A stretch of 36,546 nt of DNA from a virus. Taxonomy: Duplodnaviria > Caudoviricetes. The notes under the pieces are model-generated. The model was not told the DNA's origin, did not search any database, and saw only the letters and a list, made by a program, of their open reading frames with translations. The DNA lies in IMG/VR virus record IMGVR_UViG_3300029156_000009, positions 1-36,546 of that record; one strand, 5' to 3'. A program made the position numbers and the translations under genes. Below, in pieces: positions 1-8,962 of this stretch (position 1 is its first letter; every line of letters begins with the position of its first letter).

Positions 1-17
1 GTTTCCCAGTCACGATC
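1..17 (+). other. Library artefact: random-amplification (round A/B, SISPA) primer tag GTTTCCCAGTCACGATC
   Basis: Matches the widely used primer tag from memory. Bases 1-21 are absent from the copy of this region at the window end. Confidence 0.85.
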
Positions 18-21
18 CGCA

Positions 22-120
22 CGGCGGATCTGTTGCTCTAGCTCATTGAGGGACCGCGTTGGTTCTACCTCAACCGGGATGATGATCGGCTGAGTGAGTG
101 AATCTATTTGGCCCTCGAGT
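22..120 (+). repeat. 99-bp terminal direct repeat, left copy (circular assembly overlap)
   Basis: Identical to 36448-36546; the tape-measure frame is continuous across the join. Confidence 0.95.
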
Positions 121-179
121 TGGTCGAGTTGTGAAAGCGCCCGCGACAGGTCGAGGGTCAATTCCTCTCTGATAGCCAT
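22..179 (-). CDS. Tape measure protein, N-terminal part (continues at 36447 across the circular join)
   Basis: ATG at 179 gives MAIREELTLDLSRALSQLDQLEGQ...QQIRR, in frame with VDTDDIDIDV at 36446; directly follows the tail chaperones. Confidence 0.88.
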
Positions 180-196
180 GCCGACAGGTTAGTGCC

Positions 197-535
197 TTAT
201 GATTCGGTGTTGATTCCCATTTGACGCATGATCTGATCGGTCATGTCAATCGGGCCTTCAGTGGGGTCTGGTGTTTTGCCGAAGTTCTCTAGGCGTTCCC
301 GGTCGGCTTCGGTCATCTCCCAGTCGTCTTCGGGGCGTTCCCGGTCGGCACCAAGGGCTACAGCGAGCTGCCAGACTTCCATCGACTCGATCTCCAACAG
401 AGACAATCCAGCCTTTTTGAGAGCCATTGTTACTTCCGCGCGCCACCGCCACCGCCAGTGCATGTCGTCCAGGTCGGACGGTTCAAGCACCGGCGTTGGT
501 CCGTCTACTTTCGGCGGGCGGAATGGGCTAAAGGG
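197..535 (-). CDS. Tail assembly chaperone, -1 frameshift extension (GT-like part)
   Basis: Open frame from slippery heptamer CCCTTTA (529-535) through ORF 197..490; immediately upstream of the TMP gene. Confidence 0.7.
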   Translation of the reverse strand, partial: PFSPFRPPKVDGPTPVLEPSDLDDMHWRWRWRAEVTMALKKAGLSLLEIESMEVWQLAVALGADRERPEDDWEMTEADRERLENFGKTPDPTEGPIDMTDQIMRQMGINTES

Positions 536-945
536 ACGGTGCGCCAGAAGTCGAGGAGTTGGGTTACGAGAGATGGGTCCATGATTTCGGCGGGCGCGTC
601 GGTGAGGTCTTTCGGCAGTTCTTTGTTGCCGAATTGCGTAAAGGCTTCACGGAGAAACGGAATCGTGGTGAATTCGTATGCGTGGCGCCTGCGTTTACGC
701 AGGTCTTCGACAAGCTTCTCGCTTGCCTCGTCGGCCTTTAGGTCGGTCAGCTTGTCGCGCATCGATATCAATTCTTCTTGAGCACTAATACGGAGATCGT
801 CAGCCATATCCCAGAAGTCGAATAACTGGCTCGTGGTTGGTCTCTTCAACGTGTAGGTCTCGTCGTTGATTGAGATACTTAGAGTTCCGTTATCGTTAAA
901 TCTGAGTTCGCCCACTGGTCTGCCTCCGGTAGTTGTTTGTGCCAT
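505..945 (-). CDS. Tail assembly chaperone (G-like)
   Basis: 146 aa upstream of TMP, 'TYTLKRPT' chaperone-like segment, slippery site near the 3' end. Confidence 0.7.
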   Translation of the reverse strand: MAQTTTGGRPVGELRFNDNGTLSISINDETYTLKRPTTSQLFDFWDMADDLRISAQEELISMRDKLTDLKADEASEKLVEDLRKRRRHAYEFTTIPFLREAFTQFGNKELPKDLTDAPAEIMDPSLVTQLLDFWRTVPLAHSARRK

Positions 946-1073
946 TCGGGTTCTTCATCTGGCATGAGAAACCCTTTTTGTAGCCTTCTTGCTACGTCTT
1001 CTGTATCTTCGAGCCACACGACTTGACCGCGTTTGATCCGGTCATGTGGAACGGTTGCTTTATACCAACTCAC
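879..1073 (-). CDS. Small hypothetical protein
   Basis: 64-aa ORF, preceded by an operator palindrome; overlaps the chaperone start. Confidence 0.5.
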   Translation of the reverse strand: MSWYKATVPHDRIKRGQVVWLEDTEDVARRLQKGFLMPDEEPEWHKQLPEADQWANSDLTITEL

Positions 1074-1090
1074 TGTAAGTCACTCTTACA
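1074..1090. promoter_or_regulatory. Operator-like palindrome TGTAAG-N5-CTTACA, copy 1
   Basis: TGTAAG TCACT CTTACA in an intergenic gap, next to a minus-strand TATACT. Confidence 0.65.
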
Positions 1091-1095
1091 GTATA

Positions 1096-1590
1096 TCAAG
1101 TTGTGCAGGGCGCCGTGACCTTGATGATTCCCGTTCCGCTCACACGGTCACCGAGAGGGTCGCTGATCTCTAGCTCACCGATAACCACATACTCACAACC
1201 CGAGATATCGGGGAATAGGGTTTCGTCTGAAGCCGCAGACGCAAGGGCGCACCACGCTTCATCGAATGCGTCGTAAACCTCTGTGGACTCTTTAAGCGAT
1301 TCGGATGCGGTTAGTTCCTTGCCGTCGCCGCGTACTTTGTGACACAGGTCGATCCGGTAGCCAATCTCGTAGGTGCGTCGGAAGAAACATCCGGCGTCGT
1401 CGCCGCGGGGGTTGAGTGGAGCATCGGAGTCGTAGATACTGATCCCCCACACATACACACCCGAGCACCCGTCTGACGCGGCGGGTTCACCAACCGTTAC
1501 CGCGTACTTGTCCAGCTCGAGCGTTTCTAGGACCGTGAGGACATCGGAACAAAGTTCAACCAGCACGCAAGTACTCCGGCCACTTCTCAA
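1096..1590 (-). CDS. Putative tail terminator/completion protein
   Basis: Size and position between the gp10-like gene and the chaperones; start uncertain. Confidence 0.5.
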   Translation of the reverse strand: MRSGRSTCVLVELCSDVLTVLETLELDKYAVTVGEPAASDGCSGVYVWGISIYDSDAPLNPRGDDAGCFFRRTYEIGYRIDLCHKVRGDGKELTASESLKESTEVYDAFDEAWCALASAASDETLFPDISGCEYVVIGELEISDPLGDRVSGTGIIKVTAPCTT

Positions 1591-1945
1591 CTACCCGACG
1601 AAAGAACTCGTTGCCTCTAGTGCCGGGATGGTTTACGGATGCGAAGTACACCACGCCTCCAGCCTTGGGCCAGTTGAATCGCAGGGCCTTGCCCTTCTTG
1701 GCGCTGATCTTGTGGGGTCTGGTCTGTTCAACCACAAACACAGCGTAGTCGGTGTCGATTTCGGCCACAGCGTTGATTCTGGCGCCTTGTTGGCCGACAA
1801 CGTTTACCGCTGACGCCTTTTTCGTGGTTCCGGTATCTACTGGGGCGGTGCGTTTCAGATCTGCCGTCATGGCCCTTGTAGCGTTCTGTACTCGCTTGAG
1901 TTCGGCTGCTTCGAGCTTCCGGCGTAGTGGGTCGAGGGTTGCCAC
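1556..1945 (-). CDS. HK97 gp10-like tail completion/neck protein
   Basis: APVDTG, TRPHKI and VNHPGTRGNEF motifs; follows the adaptor gene. Confidence 0.7.
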   Translation of the reverse strand: MATLDPLRRKLEAAELKRVQNATRAMTADLKRTAPVDTGTTKKASAVNVVGQQGARINAVAEIDTDYAVFVVEQTRPHKISAKKGKALRFNWPKAGGVVYFASVNHPGTRGNEFFRRVVEKWPEYLRAG

Positions 1946-2745
1946 TAGGAACCGATAACGCCGACTCTGCGCCCTTTCCCCGAAACTTCAGGAGACCAGA
2001 CGGTTGCGCGGCGTTGCAGGCCGTGAGGGTTCACCGACGAGATGAACAGGTCAGGCAGGTAAAGCCCGGTGCGTCCTTCGGTTAGGAAGGTTTGTGGGTC
2101 CAGAAGCGTCATTGAGATGCCTTGTCGGACAACGTTGGTCACTCGGGCGGGTAGGTCGCAGTCATCCCCGATACACGCTTTGACGAGTTCCATTGCCAGA
2201 GCTGCAGCGGCTTGTTTACCAACCGAGGGAATGGGCTGGCCGTAGTTCAACTCGATATACCATGTGCCGGTCTCGCCTATGTCTTTGTTGAGGTCTTGAC
2301 AGCAAGGCCACATCGACCCATCTGTGCGGACCAGGAACCGGCCTTCATCCAACCGCCAAGCTGACGAGTTGAGTTCTGTGCCGTCGATGTTCACCGACAA
2401 CACTTCGGTTACGTCTGAGCGTCCCAGGTTGACTTGGTTGACTCCGTTGCACCCACAGTCGTAGGTGACATGACATCCGCAAGCCGGACCGATGTTGAGC
2501 CAGGTTGCGCCGTTCTTCATCGGCACCCACGGGTAAGACCAGCGACCCCAACTGAACCCTGGAAGCGCCGAGCCACCCGAGCAAGGACGGACGGTCTCGG
2601 CGCATTCTCCGGGGTACTGCCGCCCGCTTAAAGCATATAGGACTTCCGACGCGGCCACGATTGAATCTTCGATCTGTGCTGCGGATGCGTCAGGGCAGCC
2701 ACACTCAATCAGTTCCGCTGCGGTGATCCAGGGTGAGCAAATCAT
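1945..2745 (-). CDS. Head-to-tail adaptor
   Basis: ASEVLYALSGRQY, CDLPARVTNVVRQGIS and GRTGLYLPDLFI..VNP motifs typical of actinophage adaptors; start set at the ATGA overlap; ends ...VIGS. Confidence 0.75.
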   Translation of the reverse strand: MICSPWITAAELIECGCPDASAAQIEDSIVAASEVLYALSGRQYPGECAETVRPCSGGSALPGFSWGRWSYPWVPMKNGATWLNIGPACGCHVTYDCGCNGVNQVNLGRSDVTEVLSVNIDGTELNSSAWRLDEGRFLVRTDGSMWPCCQDLNKDIGETGTWYIELNYGQPIPSVGKQAAAALAMELVKACIGDDCDLPARVTNVVRQGISMTLLDPQTFLTEGRTGLYLPDLFISSVNPHGLQRRATVWSPEVSGKGRRVGVIGS

Positions 2746-3011
2746 AGAGATGATGCTACCCCACAAACAGACCCTTCAGCGTAAGCGTCTGCGTTGTTGC
2801 CTGCGCCCGTAACCCCGTAGTAGATGATCCCGACCTCATCAATTCCGATGGGGATCGAATACACGCCCGTCGAGACATTAGAAGCGACTGGAGTGGCCGT
2901 AGTGCCGGATGGGTATTTCACATCAACATCAACTGTGGTCGGGTTAGCTAGGGCACCGGCGTTGTTCCGAAACGTCGCCGTGACAATCACCGTGTCTCCT
3001 ACGGTGCTCAC
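2742..3011 (-). CDS. Small Ig-like virion protein
   Basis: Beta-strand-rich 89 aa (GDTVIVTATF...STGVY); overlap-coupled on both sides. Confidence 0.55.
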   Translation of the reverse strand: MSTVGDTVIVTATFRNNAGALANPTTVDVDVKYPSGTTATPVASNVSTGVYSIPIGIDEVGIIYYGVTGAGNNADAYAEGSVCGVASSL

Positions 3012-3127
3012 GACAACACCAACCTGGAAGACTCCACCAGCGTCAGCCGAGAGAATTCCGACAACGTAATTGAACCGAAAAATGTGGTGTAGCCAAACAT
3101 CATCTGGATAGTCGGCGCGAGAGGCAT
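3008..3127 (-). CDS. Micro-ORF, 39 aa (MPLAPTIQMMFGY...)
   Basis: Fills the gap exactly, with TGATG and GTGA overlaps; not in the ORF track. Confidence 0.4.
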   Translation of the reverse strand: MPLAPTIQMMFGYTTFFGSITLSEFSRLTLVESSRLVLS

Positions 3128-4521
3128 CAGTCGTCCACTAATAGAATGGTGAACTCACCATTAACGATGGTGTTGTTATCTGATACCGAGTCAACGCGCC
3201 ACTTGATGTCGGTCTGTTCTGGTAACGAAAGGTCACCCGTCAGGTCTAGATTGACCTGAGATGCCTGCGTGATCTCAAAAGAGCGACGAGCCTGAAATAC
3301 TCCACCCGGTTCACGCACCCTGAACGATACTTGAGCCGAGCCGTTGCCACCCGAAGCCAGAGCGTTGGAGATGTAGAGACCTCTTAAATATCCTGTTTTG
3401 TTGTTGGGTATGGTGTAAACCGCAATCTGTGTGTGGTTGAACCCTGGCGAGATTGTGGCGAAAACATTCGCCGTGGTGGTGGTGTGTCTGGCTGTGATCG
3501 TCCCAGCGTTTTGTCCCCCAGAGCCTGCGGTTAACACACTCATACGGAACATCCGTCGCCAAGTCTCCGTTGTCGCTACTGGGGTAACCCCGCTAAGCGT
3601 GACATCAACAGTCTGCTCGTCGTAGCTGTCGTCGAGGCCGAAAAGCCGGACGGTTCGCGCGCCCGTACCCGCCGACGTGTCGGCTGCGTCGGAGGAGAAG
3701 ACCTCTATTGTCTCAGCGGACCCTGACGTTGGCTGACCCGTGTAGGTCCCGCCACCAAGCCACACGTCTTCGGGAGCCGTACCTATATCAATGTCGCCGT
3801 TGCGCCCAAACTTCTCGACAATCGAGTATCCCGAGACATTCCCAACAGCCACCTCGTTCAAGAAGTCATCCGCAAGTAGGGCGTTGCCGTCTGTGGTCAT
3901 AACGTTGGCGAACGTCCCGGCGGGGGTCTGGCCCGTCAATATCGAACGCGTCACCGTGACCGGCTCGGTTGTCAGAATCTGCGTGTCCAAGGCCCGAACT
4001 AGTGACCCTGGGTAAACGCGGTGTAGGAGTGTCTGCATCCTGAAGGCCGTCTGTACCACACCGTCGTTCTCGTAGCGCACCCTGAAATACTGGGCAACCG
4101 TCCGTAGGGGGATCGGCACTTGAATCGTTGGGTTGGACACGACCAGCGGTATGGAAACATCCCAATTCGTGCCGTCCGTTGAAAACTCAAAGTAGAGAGT
4201 TCCAGTAGCGGTCGACGGCTCGGCGTATAGCGCAACCGTCACCGACGCATACCGGAGGATATCTTCACCAGTACCCGTGAAGGTCCCAGACCCGGCCAGG
4301 GGCGTCGATGTCGAGTTTGAGGTAGAGACGATATCCGCTGCCCCAGTATCGACCCCTAGCCCGTCCGTGGCGCTTACTGGCGCGACCGCATCTACGTCGG
4401 TCGGGTCACCAATAGCGACGGTTTCACGTTGAACAACGTCACCGCCGCCTTGCGTCATTTGGCGGGTGTCTAGTTTTTTACCTGTCCCGTCGTCGGGTAG
4501 TTGAACAAATGAATCCGTCAT
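3127..4521 (-). CDS. Virion fibre/minor structural protein
   Basis: 464 aa, Thr/Gly/Ser-rich beta domains, KFGRN..ID...EDVW..GG.Y segment; within the structural operon. Confidence 0.6.
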   Translation of the reverse strand: MTDSFVQLPDDGTGKKLDTRQMTQGGGDVVQRETVAIGDPTDVDAVAPVSATDGLGVDTGAADIVSTSNSTSTPLAGSGTFTGTGEDILRYASVTVALYAEPSTATGTLYFEFSTDGTNWDVSIPLVVSNPTIQVPIPLRTVAQYFRVRYENDGVVQTAFRMQTLLHRVYPGSLVRALDTQILTTEPVTVTRSILTGQTPAGTFANVMTTDGNALLADDFLNEVAVGNVSGYSIVEKFGRNGDIDIGTAPEDVWLGGGTYTGQPTSGSAETIEVFSSDAADTSAGTGARTVRLFGLDDSYDEQTVDVTLSGVTPVATTETWRRMFRMSVLTAGSGGQNAGTITARHTTTTANVFATISPGFNHTQIAVYTIPNNKTGYLRGLYISNALASGGNGSAQVSFRVREPGGVFQARRSFEITQASQVNLDLTGDLSLPEQTDIKWRVDSVSDNNTIVNGEFTILLVDD

Positions 4522-4577
4522 GTTGCTACTCGTTTACCGGCACCGTCTGCGGGTAGTTGAATCTGGGCGTCGGTCAT
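4518..4577 (-). CDS. 19-aa micro-ORF MTDAQIQLPADGAGKRVAT, paralogous to the N-terminus of the next gene
   Basis: ATGA overlaps at both ends; aligns with MTDSFVQLPDDGTGKKLDT. Confidence 0.55.
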   Translation of the reverse strand: MTDAQIQLPADGAGKRVAT

Positions 4578-5326
4578 GTCGCGTTCGAGTGGATGTAGCG
4601 TCCGATCCCCTTGGCAGAGGTTTCAGTTGTGAACCCTACAAACCCGATATGAGTCGGCGTCATGGTCCGAGAGAAGGTGTCGAGTTCGGTGAAGTCCTCG
4701 CCGTCGAGGCTATAGCCGGCGGAGAAGTTGTTAGCGGAGGTCTGAGTAACCCTGAAGTGGATCGGTCCCATTCCCGCGGCGTCGTTGGTGAGCTGAGCTA
4801 TGCCCGCTGCGCCGAAGCCGGTCATTGTCCCGGCGTAGGTTGAAATGACGTTCGTGGCGTTGTTGTTTGAGCCGATCAATATCGCAGCCACGTTTGACGC
4901 AGCCACAACCCCGTCCGACAGGGCAATACCCATAAACCCTGACGTTCCTCCCGTATACATGCGGGCCACACTGACGGCCCCCTGTACGTAATCGTCATTT
5001 CCGAACCCTGAAACCGGCTTCATATAGGCGTTGAAGTCGCTGGCGGTCATACCGCCGAACGTGGCGTGGGCGCCTCTACCCATTACACCGAATCGAGACT
5101 CGTAGTTATACGACCATGTTCCTGTTCCCGAGACAGTCAGGGCCGTCCAGTCGCTCTCATTGTCATCAATGAAGTAATCATCGGCGGCGCCTTCAGTGGC
5201 TGGACGCCAGTAGGCCGGGTAGACGGACAGCAGGAAGTCCCTTACGTCTTGGGCCGAAATGTCGCCAGCAACGTTGTCCGCTAGGAGCGTTTGGAGTTCA
5301 GATAGATTTCTTACCGTATCAACCAT
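4574..5326 (-). CDS. Putative head/tail fibre or decoration protein with a lectin-like C-terminal domain
   Basis: N-terminal LLADNVAGDISAQDVRD attachment-like motif; beta-sandwich C-terminus (YSLDGEDFT). Confidence 0.5.
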   Translation of the reverse strand: MVDTVRNLSELQTLLADNVAGDISAQDVRDFLLSVYPAYWRPATEGAADDYFIDDNESDWTALTVSGTGTWSYNYESRFGVMGRGAHATFGGMTASDFNAYMKPVSGFGNDDYVQGAVSVARMYTGGTSGFMGIALSDGVVAASNVAAILIGSNNNATNVISTYAGTMTGFGAAGIAQLTNDAAGMGPIHFRVTQTSANNFSAGYSLDGEDFTELDTFSRTMTPTHIGFVGFTTETSAKGIGRYIHSNAT

Positions 5327-5460
5327 GAGAGCATCCTAGTTAGTCCGTACCGCGGTGAACGTATCACCTTTCGGGTCGAAGGGGGTGATGGGGCGCTGCC
5401 TACACAGAACGCCCCATTACCCGTTGGGCTATCGAATGCGCTATCGAAAGCGCAGGCCAT
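5311..5460 (-). CDS. Micro-ORF, 49 aa (MACAFDSAFDSPTG...)
   Basis: TAATG overlap with the major tail stop; AFDS repeat; also contains a GC-rich hairpin (~5383-5422). Confidence 0.4.
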   Translation of the reverse strand: MACAFDSAFDSPTGNGAFCVGSAPSPPSTRKVIRSPRYGLTRMLSWLIR

Positions 5461-6143
5461 TAGCTAGACGAGGCTGGCGTGTCAACGAACCCACAAGAGA
5501 GGCCGTTGGCGTTGTATGGCGACTCGTCCGATTCTGGCTTGTCGTCCGCAAGGAAGACACCGAAGAACTGCTGTATGCCAGCACCGGGCAGGTCGTTGAA
5601 CGAACCAGATCCGAGGTTGGCGTTGGCGCTGGCGCGGCCAGTCAACGAAACTTGCAGGATTCCCCGCTCAATCGTCCAGTCTCCGATGTTCCACTGTGTG
5701 TAGGGCCATACCCAGTGCCAGTAGGTGCGTGGTGACGCAACCGGACTTGAGCCGCTGTATGCCTTGGTCCAGGCGTTGAACTCAACGACCGGGGCTGTAG
5801 CGGAGGGGTCTGGGGCCTCAACACCGATGACTTCACCAGAACCGTCAAGGAGGACTTCGCCACCCGTCAGGATCGAGATCAGTTCGAGGTCGAGCTGGCA
5901 GAGCGTAAGCGTCAGGTCTTCACCTGTGGTTACGTCTGGGTCGGTGATGGACACACAGATGTCTCCACAACCGCTTCGTTGCTCAAGGGTTTCTCCCGTT
6001 GAGACTATGGGGGATCGGGCTAGAGAAATCGGACGCAGGTTGTAGGCAGAACCGTTGGTGACAGAGGGATCTTTCGAGCCGTCCGACATCAAGGTCGATG
6101 CCCGTACCGCGCAGATGTCTAGCGACTGATAGCAACCGTACAT
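5460..6143 (-). CDS. Major tail (tube) protein
   Basis: 227 aa after the capsid genes; GCGDICV, LTLTLCQLDLEL and YWHWVWP motifs as in cluster-B-like actinophage tail tubes; ends ...PASSS. Confidence 0.75.
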   Translation of the reverse strand: MYGCYQSLDICAVRASTLMSDGSKDPSVTNGSAYNLRPISLARSPIVSTGETLEQRSGCGDICVSITDPDVTTGEDLTLTLCQLDLELISILTGGEVLLDGSGEVIGVEAPDPSATAPVVEFNAWTKAYSGSSPVASPRTYWHWVWPYTQWNIGDWTIERGILQVSLTGRASANANLGSGSFNDLPGAGIQQFFGVFLADDKPESDESPYNANGLSCGFVDTPASSS

Positions 6144-6161
6144 GGTTTCACTTTACCTTTA

Positions 6162-7082
6162 CTAGCTTCCACTGTCGGAACAATCGCCAAGTGGGTCTTC
6201 GAGGCAAACGGGTATCCCGATGTGCGCTTGTCGATCCCAGTGAGCGAGTGCGATTCTTTCAGCCCTGTATTCGACCAAGTTACTTGTTCGATTCACCGAT
6301 TGGGCTTGGTCGGTGAAAACTTCGATTGGGCCTAAAAGAACCTCAACCATTGATGTGCCGTATATCCACGAGTAGAACCGGGATGACGGACCCTCGCCAG
6401 GGGCGGAGCCTGTGTACCCGGTGCCGGGAACCACAACGTGGTCTCCCAGAGTTGTGACCAGTCTGCGACCGTTCTGCACAGCCAGACCAGAGAATGCAAT
6501 GTGGGGAATCAGACGTTTTTCGACATGGATCATTCCCCTGGCTCCACCAAGGGTGTCGGTGAGAGCGTCGATCAGGTCGGTGAATGCTGTGACTATTGGG
6601 TAGGAGTCGTAGCTATTCGGGGTGTAGATCTTCCCGTATTCGGGCGAAGAGCTAGTGACGGGGAGTTCGGCGTCTGAGAGAGAAACGTTGGGGTGGGTGT
6701 CGCCAAAGTCGGCGCCGTCAACTTGGTTGGTCCAAAGGATCTCTTCGATCATGTGCGAGCTTTGGGTGTTGAGATGCCTGCGTGCGCGGGCTTCGACTTC
6801 GGCTAGGTCGTTGGTGAGCGTCGTACAAACGTCGCCCGCCCAAATCACATAGGGGTCCCACTCCACAACAACCGGCCCCTCGGTGACGGTCTTCTCGTTG
6901 TCACCTAGTGAGCCTTCTGGGTCCACCGATCCGGTTCCGCTGGTCCCGGCCCGTTCGGGCTGATAAGCAATACCGGACTCCCACCGAGCGTTTGTGTCTG
7001 AGTCAGATACCGAAGAGAGAAGGTTGGGAGTCGTCTGCGTGTTTACCGGGGCTGGAATTCTGGCCCGTGGTCCGAGTGTCAT
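6162..7082 (-). CDS. Major capsid pentamer (vertex) protein
   Basis: RWESGIAY, PYVIWAGDVC, GMIHV, T.LG..VV.G.GY and YRAER motifs resemble Rosebush-type pentamer proteins; ends ...DCSDSGS. Confidence 0.65.
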   Translation of the reverse strand: MTLGPRARIPAPVNTQTTPNLLSSVSDSDTNARWESGIAYQPERAGTSGTGSVDPEGSLGDNEKTVTEGPVVVEWDPYVIWAGDVCTTLTNDLAEVEARARRHLNTQSSHMIEEILWTNQVDGADFGDTHPNVSLSDAELPVTSSSPEYGKIYTPNSYDSYPIVTAFTDLIDALTDTLGGARGMIHVEKRLIPHIAFSGLAVQNGRRLVTTLGDHVVVPGTGYTGSAPGEGPSSRFYSWIYGTSMVEVLLGPIEVFTDQAQSVNRTSNLVEYRAERIALAHWDRQAHIGIPVCLEDPLGDCSDSGS

Positions 7083-7980
7083 ATTTGGCTTCTATCGCTT
7101 TAGCGGCTCTTAATGTTGCACCGTCCACGGGGCCAAATATTTTGGCCTCCAGGTCATCATAAACTACACGATTGTCATTTGCACGTAATGCGACATCAAT
7201 CAGGTCTGGCCCGGTTGAATGTAAACCAACGTCACGGAAGGTATCGAACCGCCAAGACCCGTCGTCGGTTGGGTGCCAGGGCGCATCCAACAGCACCACA
7301 GGAACCCCACAAACGTACGCCTCGAAGGTGGTCGAAGAGTTGTCACAGGCGTAGACATCGGCCCATTCGATCACTTCTTGAAACTCTCGGATCATCTCAA
7401 TCCCAGCCCTAGCAAAGTACTTGGCTGCACGCTCAAAGATCCGCGGGTGCGCGTGGCCCTTGACCTCAATGCGTGAATCTGCAGCCCATCCGCCCATGAA
7501 CTGGACGTAATGATTCAGTGCGCTCGACGTGGCATCGAAGGTCCGGTTATCCCAATGGAACGAAACCACCAACCCTTGTGGCTTGCGCGGAATGGTCTTC
7601 AGGTACTCCATCCGCGGCGAGCCGGTTAGAACATGGTCGGCGTCGGGGTAGCGTTCCCGGTTGGCGTCATGGACTCGCTGATTCGTGTTGAGGAACAACC
7701 CAACAGTCTCCCGGCCCGGCCCTCCCGAATAGTGCGGATCGATACCGCCCCAATTCTCCCCAGCGCCATGCTCTAAGAAGATGTGTTCCCGGTGCCGAGT
7801 GCGGCGGATATCCCCAAACCCAGCGACCAGAGTGGGCGGTCCCGGTCCTAGTGCGCGTGTGCGCGTGCCTGGACGGCGCGCAATCGGTGAAACGTAGAAC
7901 GTGCCCTTGGTCTCGAGCGCATCCCAGACCGGCAAAAGATGATCCGCGTAGTGCGGGTACTGAGCGAAGGCGTCAATCAC
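7003..7980 (-). CDS. GT-B transferase, CDP-glycerol glycerophosphotransferase (TagB/TagF)-like
   Basis: FLEHG, TGSPR, HAHPR and ADVYACDNSSTTFEA..GVPVV motifs. Confidence 0.6.
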   Translation of the reverse strand: MIDAFAQYPHYADHLLPVWDALETKGTFYVSPIARRPGTRTRALGPGPPTLVAGFGDIRRTRHREHIFLEHGAGENWGGIDPHYSGGPGRETVGLFLNTNQRVHDANRERYPDADHVLTGSPRMEYLKTIPRKPQGLVVSFHWDNRTFDATSSALNHYVQFMGGWAADSRIEVKGHAHPRIFERAAKYFARAGIEMIREFQEVIEWADVYACDNSSTTFEAYVCGVPVVLLDAPWHPTDDGSWRFDTFRDVGLHSTGPDLIDVALRANDNRVVYDDLEAKIFGPVDGATLRAAKAIEAKYDTRTTGQNSSPGKHADDSQPSLFGI

Positions 7981-8962
7981 TGGCTGCTTCTTTCAACAGC
8001 CTTTCTATCTCGGGCTTCCACCGTGACCACGAATTATCCCTAGCCCACATCACCGAGCGAGTCTGCCAGCGCTCCAACATTTCGGGGTCCCGAATCAAAG
8101 CGTCGAGAGTGTCCTTGGCTGGGGCCGGAAGCATTAAGTGCATCTGCAGTTTCCCACCGGGTGTGTTGACGAAACCAGACGGCTTAGACGGTATGGGGAT
8201 GATGGGCCAGGTTTCGATATTCGGTTCACAATCGGTCATCACCACAGCCAGCCCGCGGGCCATAGCCTCGTTAACTTGTAATGACTGGCCTCCGTAGCGC
8301 CGGGGATAGAGGAGGATTCCACAGCCCTCGTACAGCTCCCAGTGGTCTTCGACTCGCCCCATGACTTCGGTGTAGCGGAACACTCGCGGATTCAGTCTCA
8401 GGCCGTCTTGGGAAGTCAGGCGCCAAGGATGCTGCACCGCCCCGATGATCCCACCGACCACGTTGGTTCCGTTCCGATCCCCTAAAGCCCGATGACCGCC
8501 GACATGGAGAATCCGGCTCTCGCCCACGTTCTTAGCAATCCGGTCATCGTCAATGGGCGTCGGGACGATAGGGCCGGGCGGTAGGTCTTTGGTCCGCCAG
8601 ACAGTTGGATACCAGAGCTGAGTCGGTGTGTCGTTGCGGTAGAACTCTGGATTGACATGGAGGACTGTGTTCACCAACGACGGAAGGCGCTCGTCGTAGA
8701 AGGTCTCAGCGGAGTAGACCACATCGCATTCAGCCAACGCATCGAGCGCATCGGGATTGAGGAAAGGCGTTGCATATCCGCGCCATTGGGTGTGAATCGA
8801 ACCAGGGAAAGCATCGAAGTTCTGAGGCCATTTGTTCTTGGTGTCGATCAGCGTGTTATCGACCAGTACCGTTACATCGGGGACGAGGTTGTCGAAGAAG
8901 GACTTGGTTTGGTGAGCTAGCCCGCGCCCGAAGTCGGCGCGCACGATCATGCCGAGCTTCAT
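7973..8962 (-). CDS. Glycosyltransferase, GT4/GT-B fold
   Basis: LLYPRRYGGQSLQVNEAMARGLAVV signature; start at the ATGA overlap (MKLGMIVRAD). Confidence 0.8.
   Translation of the reverse strand: MKLGMIVRADFGRGLAHQTKSFFDNLVPDVTVLVDNTLIDTKNKWPQNFDAFPGSIHTQWRGYATPFLNPDALDALAECDVVYSAETFYDERLPSLVNTVLHVNPEFYRNDTPTQLWYPTVWRTKDLPPGPIVPTPIDDDRIAKNVGESRILHVGGHRALGDRNGTNVVGGIIGAVQHPWRLTSQDGLRLNPRVFRYTEVMGRVEDHWELYEGCGILLYPRRYGGQSLQVNEAMARGLAVVMTDCEPNIETWPIIPIPSKPSGFVNTPGGKLQMHLMLPAPAKDTLDALIRDPEMLERWQTRSVMWARDNSWSRWKPEIERLLKEAASD

Noticed and set aside
22-120. Biological terminal repeat
   Set aside because: It falls inside the TMP gene and its 99-bp length fits an assembler k-mer overlap
5340-5460. 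tRNA or ncRNA after the major tail gene
   Set aside because: No cloverleaf or T-loop; better explained by a coupled 49-aa ORF plus a hairpin
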